A stretch of DNA of 62,301 bases, counting the filler. It is 8 parts of 8 records of this genome, joined end to end, with 100 filler letters (N's around TTAATTAATTAA, not from the genome) between each part and the next. Parts side by side here need not be neighbours in the genome. Positions count along the whole stretch, not along the records: positions 11,410 to 26,813 come from SRR7504441_1457; positions 26,914 to 35,345 come from SRR7504441_1461; positions 35,446 to 41,117 come from SRR7504441_1462; 5 more parts are not named here. One strand, given 5' to 3'. Below the pieces are notes generated by a model that saw only the letters and a list, made by a program, of their open reading frames with translations, searched no databases and was not told the origin of the DNA. Every line of letters starts with the position of its first letter. The first letter of the stretch is position 1. Positions 22,879 to 35,697 of this stretch are shown here, piece after piece. The translations under genes and the position numbers were made by a program.

Positions 22879-24066
22879 CTAGCCGACCGCGGACGGAATG
22901 GCCTTGAGGTTCCAGGCTTTGCTGCCAACGCCCAGCTCGAGCACGATGGTGCTATGCCCCAGGATGTTGCTCAGCACGAAGATCCACTCACACAGCGCAA
23001 ACGCCGAGTACAAGTACGGCACGCACACTGTGTTGTGCGCAATGTACGTCGCAACCGCCCCAACTGCAGCCAGTGTGTTGGTCCAGGCCAGCCCAGCCTT
23101 GAGCCTGCAGCTCAGCCTGTGCACCGGCAGCCGGGTATCCAGCACCAGCCGGCACAGCGCCAGCAGCAGCCACTGCCGGGATATCCCGCAGACCACGAAT
23201 AAAATAAACCCTGTCGCATGCCCGGCCATCGTCTCGGAGGAGGACATCACACTCAGCAGCAGCAGTCCGACGTACTCCAGTGTGTGCAGCCGGCCGAGCA
23301 GCCCCACCTTGGCCCGCACAGGCCCCGGGGCCAGTCCGGCCGCCGAGAGCAGGAACGACTGGATCACCCGCCCGTCCAGCCAGCGCTGGCCCAGGCTGAC
23401 CCCGACCGCCGCCCTCCAGATGTACTTCTGCGGAGCGTGACTGCCGATGCACGCTGAGATCGACGGCAGCAGGTTGGGCACCGGGCAGTGGGTCCAGTTG
23501 ACCGCGGCCAGGTCGTAATGCACCGACCAGACCAGGCAGCTCGCTAGACCGACAGCCGGCGCCGCCGCCCCGAGCGCCACCGTGCTCAGCCCGCAGGCCA
23601 CCCGGAGCTCGCTGGGCTCATCCAGCGCCCTCACTCGGCCAGCCCCGCCCTCATCCGCCCTGCGGCACAGCCAGCGGCACCAGCCGGCGTAGAGCCCCCA
23701 GCAGGCCGCCAGCGCCAGCAGCAGCTGCGGCCACTGGGCAGGCCCCGGAGGCGGCACAGCGGCCAGCCAGGCGCATGGGTCCAGCCGCAGCCGGGGGAGC
23801 CAGCGGCGGGCCATCCTCGGGGCCCGGCCGGCGAGCATCAGCCCGGCCAGCTCGGCGCACTCCTGGCGGGTTAGTCTGGGCGGCGGGCGGCGGCAGGCCT
23901 GAGCCAGCAGCCGGTCGCGGGTGGACGGTGGCAGGTGCGGCAGCGCGGCGGCGGCCAGGCAGCTGGGCGAGGTGCAGCCCGCCGTGTCCACCGGCTGGGC
24001 TGGGGCCGGGCACTCCCCCAGGCACAGCCCCAGCCAGGCCAGCAGTACCCAACCGGCCGCCCGCAT
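22879..24066 (-). CDS. PGAP2: PGAP2/Frag1-family GPI-remodelling membrane protein with an N-terminal lumenal extension
   Basis: THCPVPNLLPSISACIG..PQKYIWR, LLLLSVMSSSE..HATGF, HNTVCVPYLYSAFALCEW. ATG 24066 is followed by the signal-like MRAAGWVLLAWLGLCLG. Confidence 0.85.
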   Translation of the reverse strand: MRAAGWVLLAWLGLCLGECPAPAQPVDTAGCTSPSCLAAAALPHLPPSTRDRLLAQACRRPPPRLTRQECAELAGLMLAGRAPRMARRWLPRLRLDPCAWLAAVPPPGPAQWPQLLLALAACWGLYAGWCRWLCRRADEGGAGRVRALDEPSELRVACGLSTVALGAAAPAVGLASCLVWSVHYDLAAVNWTHCPVPNLLPSISACIGSHAPQKYIWRAAVGVSLGQRWLDGRVIQSFLLSAAGLAPGPVRAKVGLLGRLHTLEYVGLLLLSVMSSSETMAGHATGFILFVVCGISRQWLLLALCRLVLDTRLPVHRLSCRLKAGLAWTNTLAAVGAVATYIAHNTVCVPYLYSAFALCEWIFVLSNILGHSTIVLELGVGSKAWNLKAIPSAVG

Positions 24067-24561
24067 CCCGTATCGGTGAGGGTCGGCCTCGTCGTCGGCC
24101 GCTGCTGGGTGGCGGCAGGAGCTGTGTCCCCGCAGTCCGTGGACGCCCAACGGCATTCGCATTGCCTGACAGACCGGATGAACCGAATGCGGGTCGCGTG
24201 TGCGGTCGATTGATTGAGAACGGCGGGGCGGGGCTGCAAGAGGCTGGGAACGGGAGCAGAATTGGAAACGCGGTACGCAATTGCGCAACTGGTAAGATCA
24301 AGCTCTCGAGCTCCCGGGTATATGATTGCTCTCAATTAACGCAACTAAGAAAACAGTACGGGCTTTGCGCGCATGTTGCGCGGAGTAGTCCGCTCAGAAA
24401 ATGGAGACAGAAACCCTGGCGCACGTGCACCGACGCGCACGGACCGACGCTTTTCCCACCGTCCCAGCCTCAGTCAGCCGCAACACTGACTTGACCTACG
24501 ACTGCCTTCACGAGAGTCAACGGCAAGCAGCGGCGCGGGTGCGGTACCAAAGCCGTCAGCA

Positions 24562-26524
24562 ATGTTAGACTACTTTTGCATCATCTCGGCCGGCGGGATC
24601 ATCCTGTGGCACTGGTTCCCGCCCGGGGCCGCGCGCAGCCCGCTGCCCGGCAACCCGGTCAACCGGCTGATCACCGACGTGCTGATCAAGGTGGCCGTGC
24701 GGGCGGGCGGGCTCACCGGGGGGCAGACGCGGGCCGGAGTCGAGATCAACAGCTTCAGCGTGGCCAGCTACACGCTGCGCTGGCTGCGGGCCGGCGAGCA
24801 CCAGCTCTTCTACGTGGTGCGCCGCCCGGCCGCCCCACGGCCCGAGCAGCCCCCAGGCGGTTCACCAGAAGGCGCTGGCGCTCTCTTACGTCGAAGGGCT
24901 GCTCGACACGGCACGCCGGGCCGGGGGGGCGCCCGGGGAGCGGCGGGGCAGGTGCAGGCCGGCTTTACCAAGGCCTTCGGGCCCCGGCTGCTCGCTGCGG
25001 ACTACAACGGCCTGTTCGAGTGCCGGGCTGACCGGCCGGGGCTGACCGGCCGGGGCAGCTTCGACGGTCTGTTCGAGGCGACCTACGAGCAGGCGCAGCT
25101 GGCCAAGGCGCAGCCGGTGCGGCTTCCCCAGGCCGAGGCTGAGGCCGCGGGGCAGCCCAAACAGGCATCCAAACGAGAGCCTGCTGCCGAGCTGCAGACC
25201 AAAGAGGAGGCTGTAGGAGAGTCGGAGGAGGTTGCTAGTGATGTGAGCAGCAACATCGCCAGAATGCGCGGTGCGGCCGGGGCCCGGGGGGGCGGAGCGG
25301 GCGGCAGGGCGGGGGAAGCAAGGGAAGGCCGACATTATGAACCGTAAGAGCAAGGGCAAGTCAAAGAGCGAGCGGAGCAACGTCAAGGAAGGCCGGGACT
25401 GGGGCGATAGCAAGAAGATCAGCAAGGAAGAGGCGGCGGCCATAGATTACACCCAGGGCGACCAGGCCGAGGGCGAGGAGGCTACCATTCGCAGGATGCG
25501 TGCGGAGGTGATGCCAGCAAGCGACGAGCCTGCGGACTGGGACGACGAATTCGAGGAGGAGCCGGTGCAGCAGGAGTCGGCCGGCATATTCTCGCGGCTG
25601 GGCTCGATGATCAAGTCCAAGCTCGGGCAGACGCCCCTCACGCGTGATGAGCTCGAGGCGCCGATGCGACAGTTCGCACAGCAGCTTATTTCTAAGAACG
25701 TGGCGTTCGACACAGCCGAGGCGGTCTGCAGCGATGTGACCGCCCAGCTGGAGGGCCAGACGCTGGGCACCTTCGCCCGGGTGGCCTCCGAGTTTAGGGA
25801 GGCGCTCTCGCTCTCCCTGGAGCGTGTGCTCACGCCGACTTCGTCCATAGACCTGCTCCGGGGCGTCGCCAAGGCGCAGCAGCAGCGCCGGCCGTACGTG
25901 GTGGTGTTCTGCGGGGTGAACGGGGTGGGCAAGAGCACCTCGCTGGCCAAGATCTGCTACTTCCTCAAGAGCAACCTGCCTGGCGGCGGCAAGGTCTTGC
26001 TCTCTGCGTGTGACACGTTCCGGGCCGGTGCAGTCGAGCAACTCAAGGTGCACTCGCGCTGCCTCGAGGTGGACCTGTACGCCGAGGGGTACGAAAAGGA
26101 CGCGGCAGTGGTGGCCGGCAACGCGATCCGGAAGGCCAAGGACGAGGCTTACGACGTGGTGCTGGTGGACACGGCAGGCCGGATGCAGAACAACGGTCCT
26201 CTGATGGCCGCTCTGGCCAAGCTGATCGACTCGAACCAGCCGGACCTGGTGCTGTTCGTGGGCGAGGCGCTGGCCGGTAACGACGCGGTGGACCAAGTGA
26301 AGCTGTTTAACCAAGCGCTCGAGGTCAACTCCAAGGCCGAGCAGCCCAGGCTTGTCGATGGGATGGTCCTGACCAAGTTCGATACGGTGGACGATAAAGT
26401 GGGCGCGGCCATCTCGATGGCGTACACCACCGGCCGGCCGATCTTCTTTGTCGGGACCGGCCAGCGCTACGTCGACCTGAAGCGGCTCAATGTCAAGCGA
26501 GTGGTGGCTGCGCTGCTCAAGTGA
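24562..26524 (+). CDS. SRPRA: Signal recognition particle receptor alpha subunit, multi-exon
   Basis: Longin N-terminus MLDYFCIISAGGIILW..NPVNRLITDVLI. NG GTPase motifs GVNGVGKSTSLAK, DTFRAGAVEQL, DTAGRMQ and TKFDTVDDKVGAAISM. Confidence 0.98.
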
Positions 26525-26813
26525 CCGCCTCAACCACTAAGCTAGCGAGTCAACTCGTGAACACTTGTGTAACTATAGAATGAAACGCATATTTATGGCC
26601 CAGTACGGTGGGCGGTAAGGCTGCTAGAGTTGTCAGTAGGTCTTGGCCTTGCTCCGGCCAAGCAGCGAGCTCAAGTACGTGCGAGCGCGGCTCAGTCGGC
26701 TCTTGCCTGCATCGCGCCGCCGCCTGAGCGTCATCCCCCCGCTGGCCGGGTTGTGGTTGAGCCAGAGAACGATATAGTACACCGCCATCCCGATCTGCCC
26801 CGGCTCCCCCCCC

Positions 26814-26913
26814 NNNNNNNNNNNNNNNNNNNNNNNNNNNNNNNNNNNNNNNNNNNNTTAATTAATTAANNNNNNNNNNNNNNNNNNNNNNNNNNNNNNN
26901 NNNNNNNNNNNNN
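26814..26913. other. Artificial contig-joining spacer
   Basis: N44-TTAATTAATTAA-N44. Confidence 0.99.
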
Positions 26914-29900
26914 AGCCTCAGTTAGCTGCGCATCCGGCCTTTGTAGCTCTTGTACCATTTCTAGCTGAGCTTTCGTCTCACATATCACAGTGGCTGACAG
27001 ATTCATCCACGCTGCCCGTACTTGATAACAGTCAGGTGCAGTCTATTGAAGCTGTCATACAGGCACGGTACAACCTGACGCAGTGGCTGTCCCGGCAGCT
27101 ATCTGTGCAGCTGCCTCAGCTCATTATGTACTGGAGATGGCTCTGCAGTCAGCTCGTGGCTGCTTCCTCCCACAGTCTTGTGGTCTCTCCTTTCCTCGAG
27201 TTGCTTATTAGCAAGGTGAATGAGTCAATGGATTACGATCCTGTAGCAAGGAAGAATTGGATGTGGAAGAGATACGGCTTTGGATCTTTACCTTCGTCCA
27301 CAGGTCAGGCAGAGATGCTCAATGCATTGTGTGCCGTCGACTCAGCGCTCATGGTGAAGGCCACAGCAGAGTATGCGGCTCCAGCGCCTCCTCACCACTT
27401 TGCTCTGGTTGCAACAACTGCAATAAAGCATGATCTGCTGGAAGGTTTAGCCACAGCTTCGTATCTTTGTCAATCAAACGCTGGCAATCCAGCCACTGGA
27501 AGCCCGGGTGAGCTCATGAATGCTATGATCCAGCTGCCAAAAGCACTAAATTTGCGTCTCGAACAGGCCGCCAAACAAACACAGCGGGTCTACGAACACT
27601 TGCAAACCAATGAATCAGATTCACTGCTGCAGCGCAGGCGCATTTGGGCGCTTCATGACCTAGAGTCTGTCAAGGACGAATTGAGAGTGCTTACTACTGC
27701 TGTTTCCATGACCATGTTTCCAGAGAATGCAGATGCGAGCTCAACCATGTATCTTAAGCAGGTTCGCCAATTTTTGTCTCATGCACTGGAGCACAGTAGC
27801 CGTGCTCCTTCGGAACTGCTTCCCTATAAGAGTATTGAGTGGTTGCTGGCCTTACCAGATGCAAACTGCCTGCAGCCTTGGCTACCAGGCTTGGTGCAGC
27901 AGGCTCTCGGGTCTTGGTTGTCGAGGCTGTGGACCGGCGCATTCAATTTGATCACATGTCATAGTGAGAGAGGCAGTGTTTCGTCTGGGCTGTTGGATGG
28001 TCCCTCGTGGCTGACCAATGGCGGATGGATCCCATTTGCACCTTCCGGGTTACTGGTATCACAGGACGAACAGATAGGGAACAAAGGTGAGCGCATCTCA
28101 GAGTTGGCTGGTCTACTGCGGTTTCTGTGCCGTGAACCGGAGGAGCTACCGCAGACTGATGTCGCCGAGTGCGAGATTGAGCTCCTATGGAGTTTGCTTA
28201 TGGATGTGCTCCAAGCCTACAGGTCCCGTGCATAGTTTGATTTTGATGAGTATTTGTACAGGAGCACCTTCCCAGCTGTTCAAGCCCAAGCAATCCTTAC
28301 TTTAGCTAGGTCTCGAAGAGCAATTCCTCTCGAAAGCTTTGCTTCGTCGTGTGATGCTTTGTTGTCCTCGACTTGTAAGTCACCATACAGCCGCCACTTG
28401 CACCTTGGGAATTACTTGTGCGTATGTAGGTGCAAAGCTCCTCTCTGACGGTTCTAGCATGCTGGTGGGTGCTGCACACTCTGTGCAGAAACGGGGACAT
28501 GCTTGGTGTGTTTGAGCGCATGCTAAGGCTAATACGTAGTTACAGGTGCTTGATTGGTCTCTCTCGATTCCTATTGCTTGTTCCAGCAACTGTTGTCGAT
28601 CCGTGCGAAAAGGCTGCCATCAAAGTGGGACTTCTCGAAGCTCAACTTCAGGAGTTGTCCGTGGAGCTCTCATTCCGGACTAAAATCCAACAGCAGACTG
28701 GGAACTGCGACGAGTTCCGCATCAGCTCTCTGAAGGGCCAACAGGAAAGCACAATAAAGGCTTTGGCAGAGAATACTGGAGCAGCAAGGATGCGCCCAGT
28801 ACCACCAACATTCACTGCGCTAGTCGAAGAACTGAGGCACGTACAATCCGATGTCCTGTCACACAAACGCATCTCAGCAATCTTGCAGGACTGCAGTAGC
28901 GTTGAAGCTTTTTGTCTTGCCGAGAAAGCGTGGCAGTCGTCGTGCAGCCAGGTTTTATCGAGAATGCAGCGATCGTATCCGATGTATGGAGATATAATCC
29001 ACCCGCTGAGCAGCGCAGCTGGAAGCGTTAGACACGGGCTTCGGCTGATTTCACTGAATATTTCACAGACAGCACAGCAAACCCCTCAGCGAGTGGCTCT
29101 TTGCGACAGTGTCGTTTCTTTGGTCCAGTTTCCCTCTTCTGCGAGAATATGCGGTCGTTTGAATAATTTGCTCAAGTTGGTCAAGCAGATCACTGCATCT
29201 GGCGATGTATTCCCATTGGCTGCTGCCACGCCTGCAATGCTTGCTCTCTTTGCGCGCGTAGAGCTCCAGGCTCTCTCGACTGGTCTGCTTGTGCACTCAA
29301 TCGTTCAACTTTTGGACGAGACTTGCTCCGTATTTGTTGGCACCTGGAGGCGCGCAAAGGATGCTGAGCGTGTTCGCAGACTAGAGGCCGAGCAGCTGTA
29401 TAAGTATAAAGAGACAAGCATAAGCTTAGGCGATCAGGAACAAGCAGAAGAAGCTGAGCTCCGTGCTATGTTCCCTGAGTACTCTCAGTATTATGCTGAC
29501 CTTGAGCACCACGATGGCGATGTTGGGCTTGAGAGTGGTGGCAAAGATGCTTCAAATGAGGCCGAGCAATCCACCGTTCTTGAAGCCACGGTTGATGCGA
29601 AGCATACACATCGGATCATTGATACGCTGCGCTCTCTATTCAGCACGCTTCTAACTGCCGGTACTCCACAGCCCTCTGACGGCGAGCACTGCAATGAGCG
29701 ACGCCTCAAGTTAGTCAATCTTGCCCATCGTACCATGGCGGTAGTGGTCCCAACACTCGCCCCTACTGGACTACTCGATGAGCAGGCAGCAGCAGCCATG
29801 CAAAGTGGAGAAGCTGCGATCACTGCAATGCTCCATCAACAGCTTTGCGGGGCTCAGCCTGTGACCACAGAAGGGGACGCTGATTCAGAGGCTTATGACA

Positions 29901-32900
29901 TTTACAACGATCCAAACATTGAAGAACTTCGTCTTGTTCAGGCACCTGTTCACGGGTTCACCACCAGAGTGCAGGAGCTTTTACACGAATGGCCTGAGCA
30001 GCCAATCTTGGAGCAGCTACTCAAAATCGGAAACCGGCTTCTGGAGCAGCCCCTCACGTCACCTGTCATGAAGATCGTTTCTGGTTTAGAACTTCTGCTG
30101 CGCAAAGGCTATGACTGGGAGCAGTGTGCACACAAGGGTGTTTCGTTGTCGTCCCAACTCGATGTTATGCAAAAACTAGTGGGGCGATGGCGCCGCATGG
30201 AGCTAGAATCTGCGAGGCAGCTTCTCGACTCGCGTGCTCAAAGCCATGTGGTAAAGGCCTCCAAGTGGTGGTTTCATCTATATGCCCTGGTGCACAGCGA
30301 CACGATCGATGATGATAACTTTGAAGTGGAAGGCCTTGAAGCTACTTTTGAAATTCTTGACAGTCTTCTCTCTAGTTCAAATGTTGGAGACTTTTGCGAA
30401 CGGCTCAAGCTGATGGAAACAACTTATCAACAGCTGGCTGCTGAGTTCGACGTTCAGTACTCTCGGCCACAGGAGGGCACTGAATCGGAGATGAATCGGC
30501 GACGGGGGCTACTGCATATCATATATCATACCCGAAGATACTATGAACAGTTCGCGGTTTCGGTTACCAAGCATGTGCGGGCGCAGCGAGATCCGATAGA
30601 AGATCGATTGAAGCACTTTGCCAAGCTAGCTCGATGGGACATTGAAGATTACAACTTCCTCGTGTCAGCCAGCGACAAGTCCCATCGAACAATTATGAAG
30701 TGCATGCGGGATTTCGACATGGTTCTCAACACCAAGGTCTCAGTCCACCTAGAACCGCCTTTGGAGAGTTGGCGAGACCACTTTGGAACGGCCCAGCCTG
30801 TGACAAACATGACACACGATGGCGCTAAGCGACGGAAGCTGCAGGCAGGGACAGCCACAGGAGTTACTGCCCAAGAAATCCCCGGCCTACCTGCTTGGAT
30901 AGATACCTCATCTCTGCATGCGCCAACGGAGGAAAAGATGTACTGCATGAGGCTTCCATCTCTGCTCTCAAAAATGGAATCTAAGCGTAGGATCATCATG
31001 AAGCACGGAATGGCTGAACTTGGCGGGTATTCAGCTGCATCCTCTGTACGATCTATACACGATCGCATAGCTCTGCGAACAGCATGTTGGACTGATGAAG
31101 AGGTGAGTAGAATGATTAAGCAAGCGGCACTTGCAGATGTTTTCAAATGGCTGAAGCTGTCTGGCCTGTCTTTTCACGCCTCTGCGGCCTCTCCGGAGCA
31201 GAAAGATCTTCAGGCGCTGTTCCTCAGTTTGCAACCAAACGAAGTGTGCCATTCAGACTTTTCTCCTACGCCGTGGGTTGATGCGGACTGTGGCCTTTAC
31301 AAATGCTTGGCAAGGACACTGCGTCTGAGGCAAGTGGCTTCGCATGCCTGCAAGGATGTTCAGAGGCTTGAAGTCACAAAAGGTCTTAGATTCGTCGAGC
31401 ATGTCCTCGCCCTTGTGCTCCGCGGGCACCGAGTGTGTACTACAATTGTCAAAGATACGAGGCAACTCGATAGAACTATAGAAGCGCTCGAAGCGTTCAC
31501 CGCTGATTATGGACAAGAGGTCTCTCTTCCTCAGCAGGAACTGCTCCAAAAATGGCTTGCCCAAGTCAAAAGTTGCTGTGATGACCTACTCGAGGTGCAT
31601 AACATTTTGCCTAGCGAGGGGTCGTGATTTCTGTGGCTTACAGGTGCTTGTTGAAACGTCGATGCTTTTGGATTCTGTGGCATCGACGCGGGTGCTTTCT
31701 GGCGAGGTAGCTTCACTGGGACCATCGATCCATAAAGTGAAGGCTGTCAAATGTCTGATTGACAGTGAAGTAGGAAAGGTTTGCAATTATCCGTTATTGG
31801 CACCGAGCACGCTCAAGCTTGTGAAGGACAGCTGGGCTGAGCTGTCATCTGTAGAGACGCCGAACGCTGGGCCTCTCACCACCGAGTTGTCAAAGACCAT
31901 CGAGACTGTCCAAGCCCAGAGTCTACAGTTTGAGGCAGAAATGGCAGCAGCTAGCAGTTCACCTCCCAAATGTGACGGTTCACCAGCAATCAAAGCTGCA
32001 GAGAGTGTAGTCAGAAAGGTGCTCATCTCATTTGAGAAGCTAAGCACGCTGAGCGAACAGCATGATCACGGCCCATTGTTCCCAACCCAAGAGGAGGAAA
32101 GCGTTGCAGCCGACGACGATGAAGCTGTTGACAATGATGGTGCCAAGCAAAACTTGAATTTGGTTGACACAGTAGATCAGATGGAGACACTTTTGGCATC
32201 TTTGGGAATGCAGCCTCTCCGCTTGGCTATCAGCGAACTCCTGCGAGAACTGGTCATCTTATCGAAAAGCAAGGTGGAAAAGTGGCATGGTTGGTTTTCG
32301 CTCCTATGCTGTCTACGCAGTGCTCTGGTTCAACTGCAGGACATCATGAGAGGCGCAATGATTGGATCGACCACGCTGCAATTTCAGCTCGTATCAATTC
32401 AGTATACACTAGGGAGTCTTTTCCAGGAGCTGTTCCAGAAAGGCTTTGCTACCAAGCCGGAGACAACAGACGAAAAGCAAGAGGGCAACGAAGAAGTGAA
32501 GGATGGGACAGGCATGGGTGAAGGTCAGGGATTAGAAGATGTTTCAGAGCAGATTGAGAACCAAGAGCAGATCGAGGGCCTCAAAGATGAAAAGCAGGAA
32601 GATCTGAAGAAAGAAGAAACCGAGGATGACCGTGATAAGGGTGTCGAAATGACGGATGACTTTGAAGGCGAGATGGAGGACATGCCTGCTCCTGCTGAGG
32701 ATGAAGAAAAGGAAGGCAGTGAGAACGAAGATGAGAAGGAAGAAGTGGATCGCGACATGGGCGATGCAGGTGATGATGCTGACATTGTTGATGAAAAAGC
32801 CTGGGATAGTGAAGAAGACAACGAGATAAAGGACGAGGAGAAGATGGAAAACAATGCGATGGACGCAGGGGAGGACGAGCCTGAAATGCAAGCCAAGCCA

Positions 32901-35227
32901 GATGAGCCAGAAGATGACACAAAGAAAAAGAAAGAAGATAAAGAGCAGACCAGTGAAAAGCAGGACGAGAAAGATGAGGACAACATAGATGATGGCGTAG
33001 AAGACGGAGAGGAAGATGCTGGTGAACAGCAGGACCAGGAGGATCCAGTGAATGAAGGCGAAGACGACTATGAGGATGGTTTTGCTCCTGACGTCCGCGA
33101 AGAGGAAAACTTTGAGCTTCCTGAGGACGAGGACGCATTAGATAATTCAGACGACGAGCTGGCTGAGGAGCCTGTCGAGGAGGAGCTTGAAGGCATGGAC
33201 GAAGGTGCTGATAAAGACGAGAACGAGGCAGCGGACGAAGAGATGGAATCGCCACCAGAGGAGGAAGAAGCGGAGAAGGGCGAGCTTCCAGAAAATATAC
33301 CTAAGGATCCGGAACTGGCTGAGCCTGAAAAAGCCGGGGATGCTGACGAGGAAGAGAATGACGACGAGGGTGTCAGCGAGGAAGATGATCCGAAGGAAGA
33401 CGAAAAGGCGCATGACCATCCCGACGCTAATACAGGTAATGATGGCGAACATCATGATACAACAATGCTGCCTGAGCAGAACGCAGATGATGATATGGAT
33501 GCTCCCGCAACCCAAGCAGCAGCCCAGCAGTCATCTGGGGCTCAAGCCGACGACAACCAACAAGCTGCGCCCACCGCCGCACCGCAGAATACAGAAAGCG
33601 ATCCCAACAAAGGCAAGGGCCGTCCCGAAGCCAATCCCATGCGAAGCCTTGGAGATGCGGCAAAACACTGGAAAAAGCAACTCGACGTAGTGGACAATGA
33701 GGAAGCTGAAGCCAAGGAAATCGAGCAACCTCAACAGGCAGAGGATCGAGATGATGCTGGCCAGTACGAATTCATGAAGGACAATGACGATGCCCCCGAG
33801 GATGATCAAGTCCTGGGGAAAGCCACTCAGGAGCAGCAGATGCAGGAAGAGGCCAATGTGATGGTTGATGAGCAGGAGGAAGATAACACAGGGCAGGATG
33901 AACCGATTGATCAAGAAAAGGAGGAGGATACAAAGCAGAATGAGCAGCCTGCTAAGTCTCAAATACAGACAGCATCTACTGTCAAGGATAAAAATGCGGA
34001 GCAAGAGGAAATCGTCCCTGAGGAAGATAAACCTGATGAGAATACAGATGTAGAAATGGAAGAAGAGGACGCAGGTGCTGCTGCAGAGGAGCCTGGTGTC
34101 AACGAGACATTTGGCCAGCTCAGCACCTTGCAAGACGAGGATGAGATGCAAGCTACCGACCAGAAGGATATTGAGACGGTGCGATCAGAAATTGCAGAGC
34201 TCCTAGAAAAGTGGCGCCGCGGTGAGATGAACTCAGAGGAAGACGGCAACGCACTCTGGGAGAGGTAGCTAAGACTAGCTCGCAGAGTAGCTTATGTTCT
34301 GGGTGCAGGTACCTTGCAGCCACCGCACAGCTCTCAAATGAACTCTGCGAAGCCTTGCGTCTTGTCCTAGAGCCAACACTAAAGACTCGTCTGCAGAGTG
34401 GGTCAGTTGCATAACTTTGCTTGTGTGTCTCCAGGCTGAAAATGCGGTGCAGGTTTCGTACCGGCAAGCGAATTGATATGAAGAAGGTCGTGCCATATAT
34501 TGCCAGTGACTTCCGCAAGGACCGGATCTGGATGCGTCGTTCACGGCCTAACAACCGATGTTATCAGGTGCTGTCCTCGATTTGGTCTAATTCAAGTGCC
34601 TGCTTGTAGGTCATGGTGGCTATCGACTCGTCTGAGTCGATGAAGGAGAACGGTGCCGGCCAGTTGGCAGCTGAGGCTCTGGTCACCATTGCTCGGGCAC
34701 TGGCGCGTCTTGAGGTTGGGCAAATCTCGATCGTTAGTTTTGGAGAGGATGTAAACATTCTGCATCCGTTTGAGATGCCCTTTTCTGATGCAACAGGCGC
34801 GCAGTGGATCACTAAGTTCACATTCGAGGACGCGCAGACAGATGTACTCCAGCTAATGAAGGTTGCTGTCCCGATGCTGGAGGATGCTAGGCACAGCAGC
34901 ACTGGGGCTGCTGAGAATGTACAGATCTTGTTTATTATATCAGACGCAGTCTTCTCGCACCGCAACGAGTGCCGCGCCTGGGTTAGTGAAGCCGCGGCAA
35001 AAAAGCAGCTGATTGTGTTTATTATCATTGACATGACAGGCAGCACCTCGTCAGTCTTAGATCGACAATCATTCCGGTTTGAAGAGGATGGTACAATGCA
35101 TCAAACAGCCTACATGGACACCTTCCCATACCCGTTTTACATAGTACTGCGCGACATAAACAACATGCCACAGACAATTGGAGATGCTTTGAGGCAGTGG
35201 TTTGAGATGTTGCAAAAGGTTTTTTAA
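26914..35227 (+). CDS. MDN1: Midasin (Rea1), 3' portion: linker, D/E-rich region and MIDAS/vWA domain; 5' end truncated
   Basis: EWPEQPILEQL..SPVMKIVSGLELLL..DWEQCAH..WRRMEL, GTGMGEGQGLEDVSEQIENQEQ, a long acidic tract, NPMRSLGDAAKHW, LEPTLKTRLQSG/FRTGKRIDMKKVVPYIAS, VAIDSSESM, YMDTFPYPFYIVLRDI..LRQWFE. Stop 35225-35227. Confidence 0.97.
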
Positions 35228-35345
35228 TTAATACAGGCTGCCGTTCACGATCAAATAATCGTCGGCGGCCTACTATACTTCAATTTAAAATTCGTGTTTT
35301 TACAAAGGTGCACACTATACATGTACATGTAAGCTTATATCTCTT

Positions 35346-35445
35346 NNNNNNNNNNNNNNNNNNNNNNNNNNNNNNNNNNNNNNNNNNNNTTAATTAATTA
35401 ANNNNNNNNNNNNNNNNNNNNNNNNNNNNNNNNNNNNNNNNNNNN
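35346..35445. other. Artificial contig-joining spacer
   Basis: N44-TTAATTAATTAA-N44. Confidence 0.99.
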
Positions 35446-35697
35446 TGTGTACTGGTAGATACATGATGTGTATAGAGCGGTCTACTAGTGGGTCTGAGTA
35501 TTAGATTCAATTTAAGTTACTCCATAATACTCAACTAGTTCGAGATCGCTGTCCCGTAAAGCCTCTCTAGTTGTATGATAGTCATCGCGTACGTACTAGC
35601 AGCGAGGAGCAAGCATCCAAACGACACGAACTAGTTGACGTCTCGAGGCCAGCTCCTCCACCACAGATACTCCTGAGTACTCTGCATCAGCAGACAG

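Noticed and set aside
26731-26794. Short minus-strand terminal exon (IGMAVYYIVLWLNHNPASGG*)
   Set aside because: It is plausibly the end of a gene cut by the gap but too short to assign.
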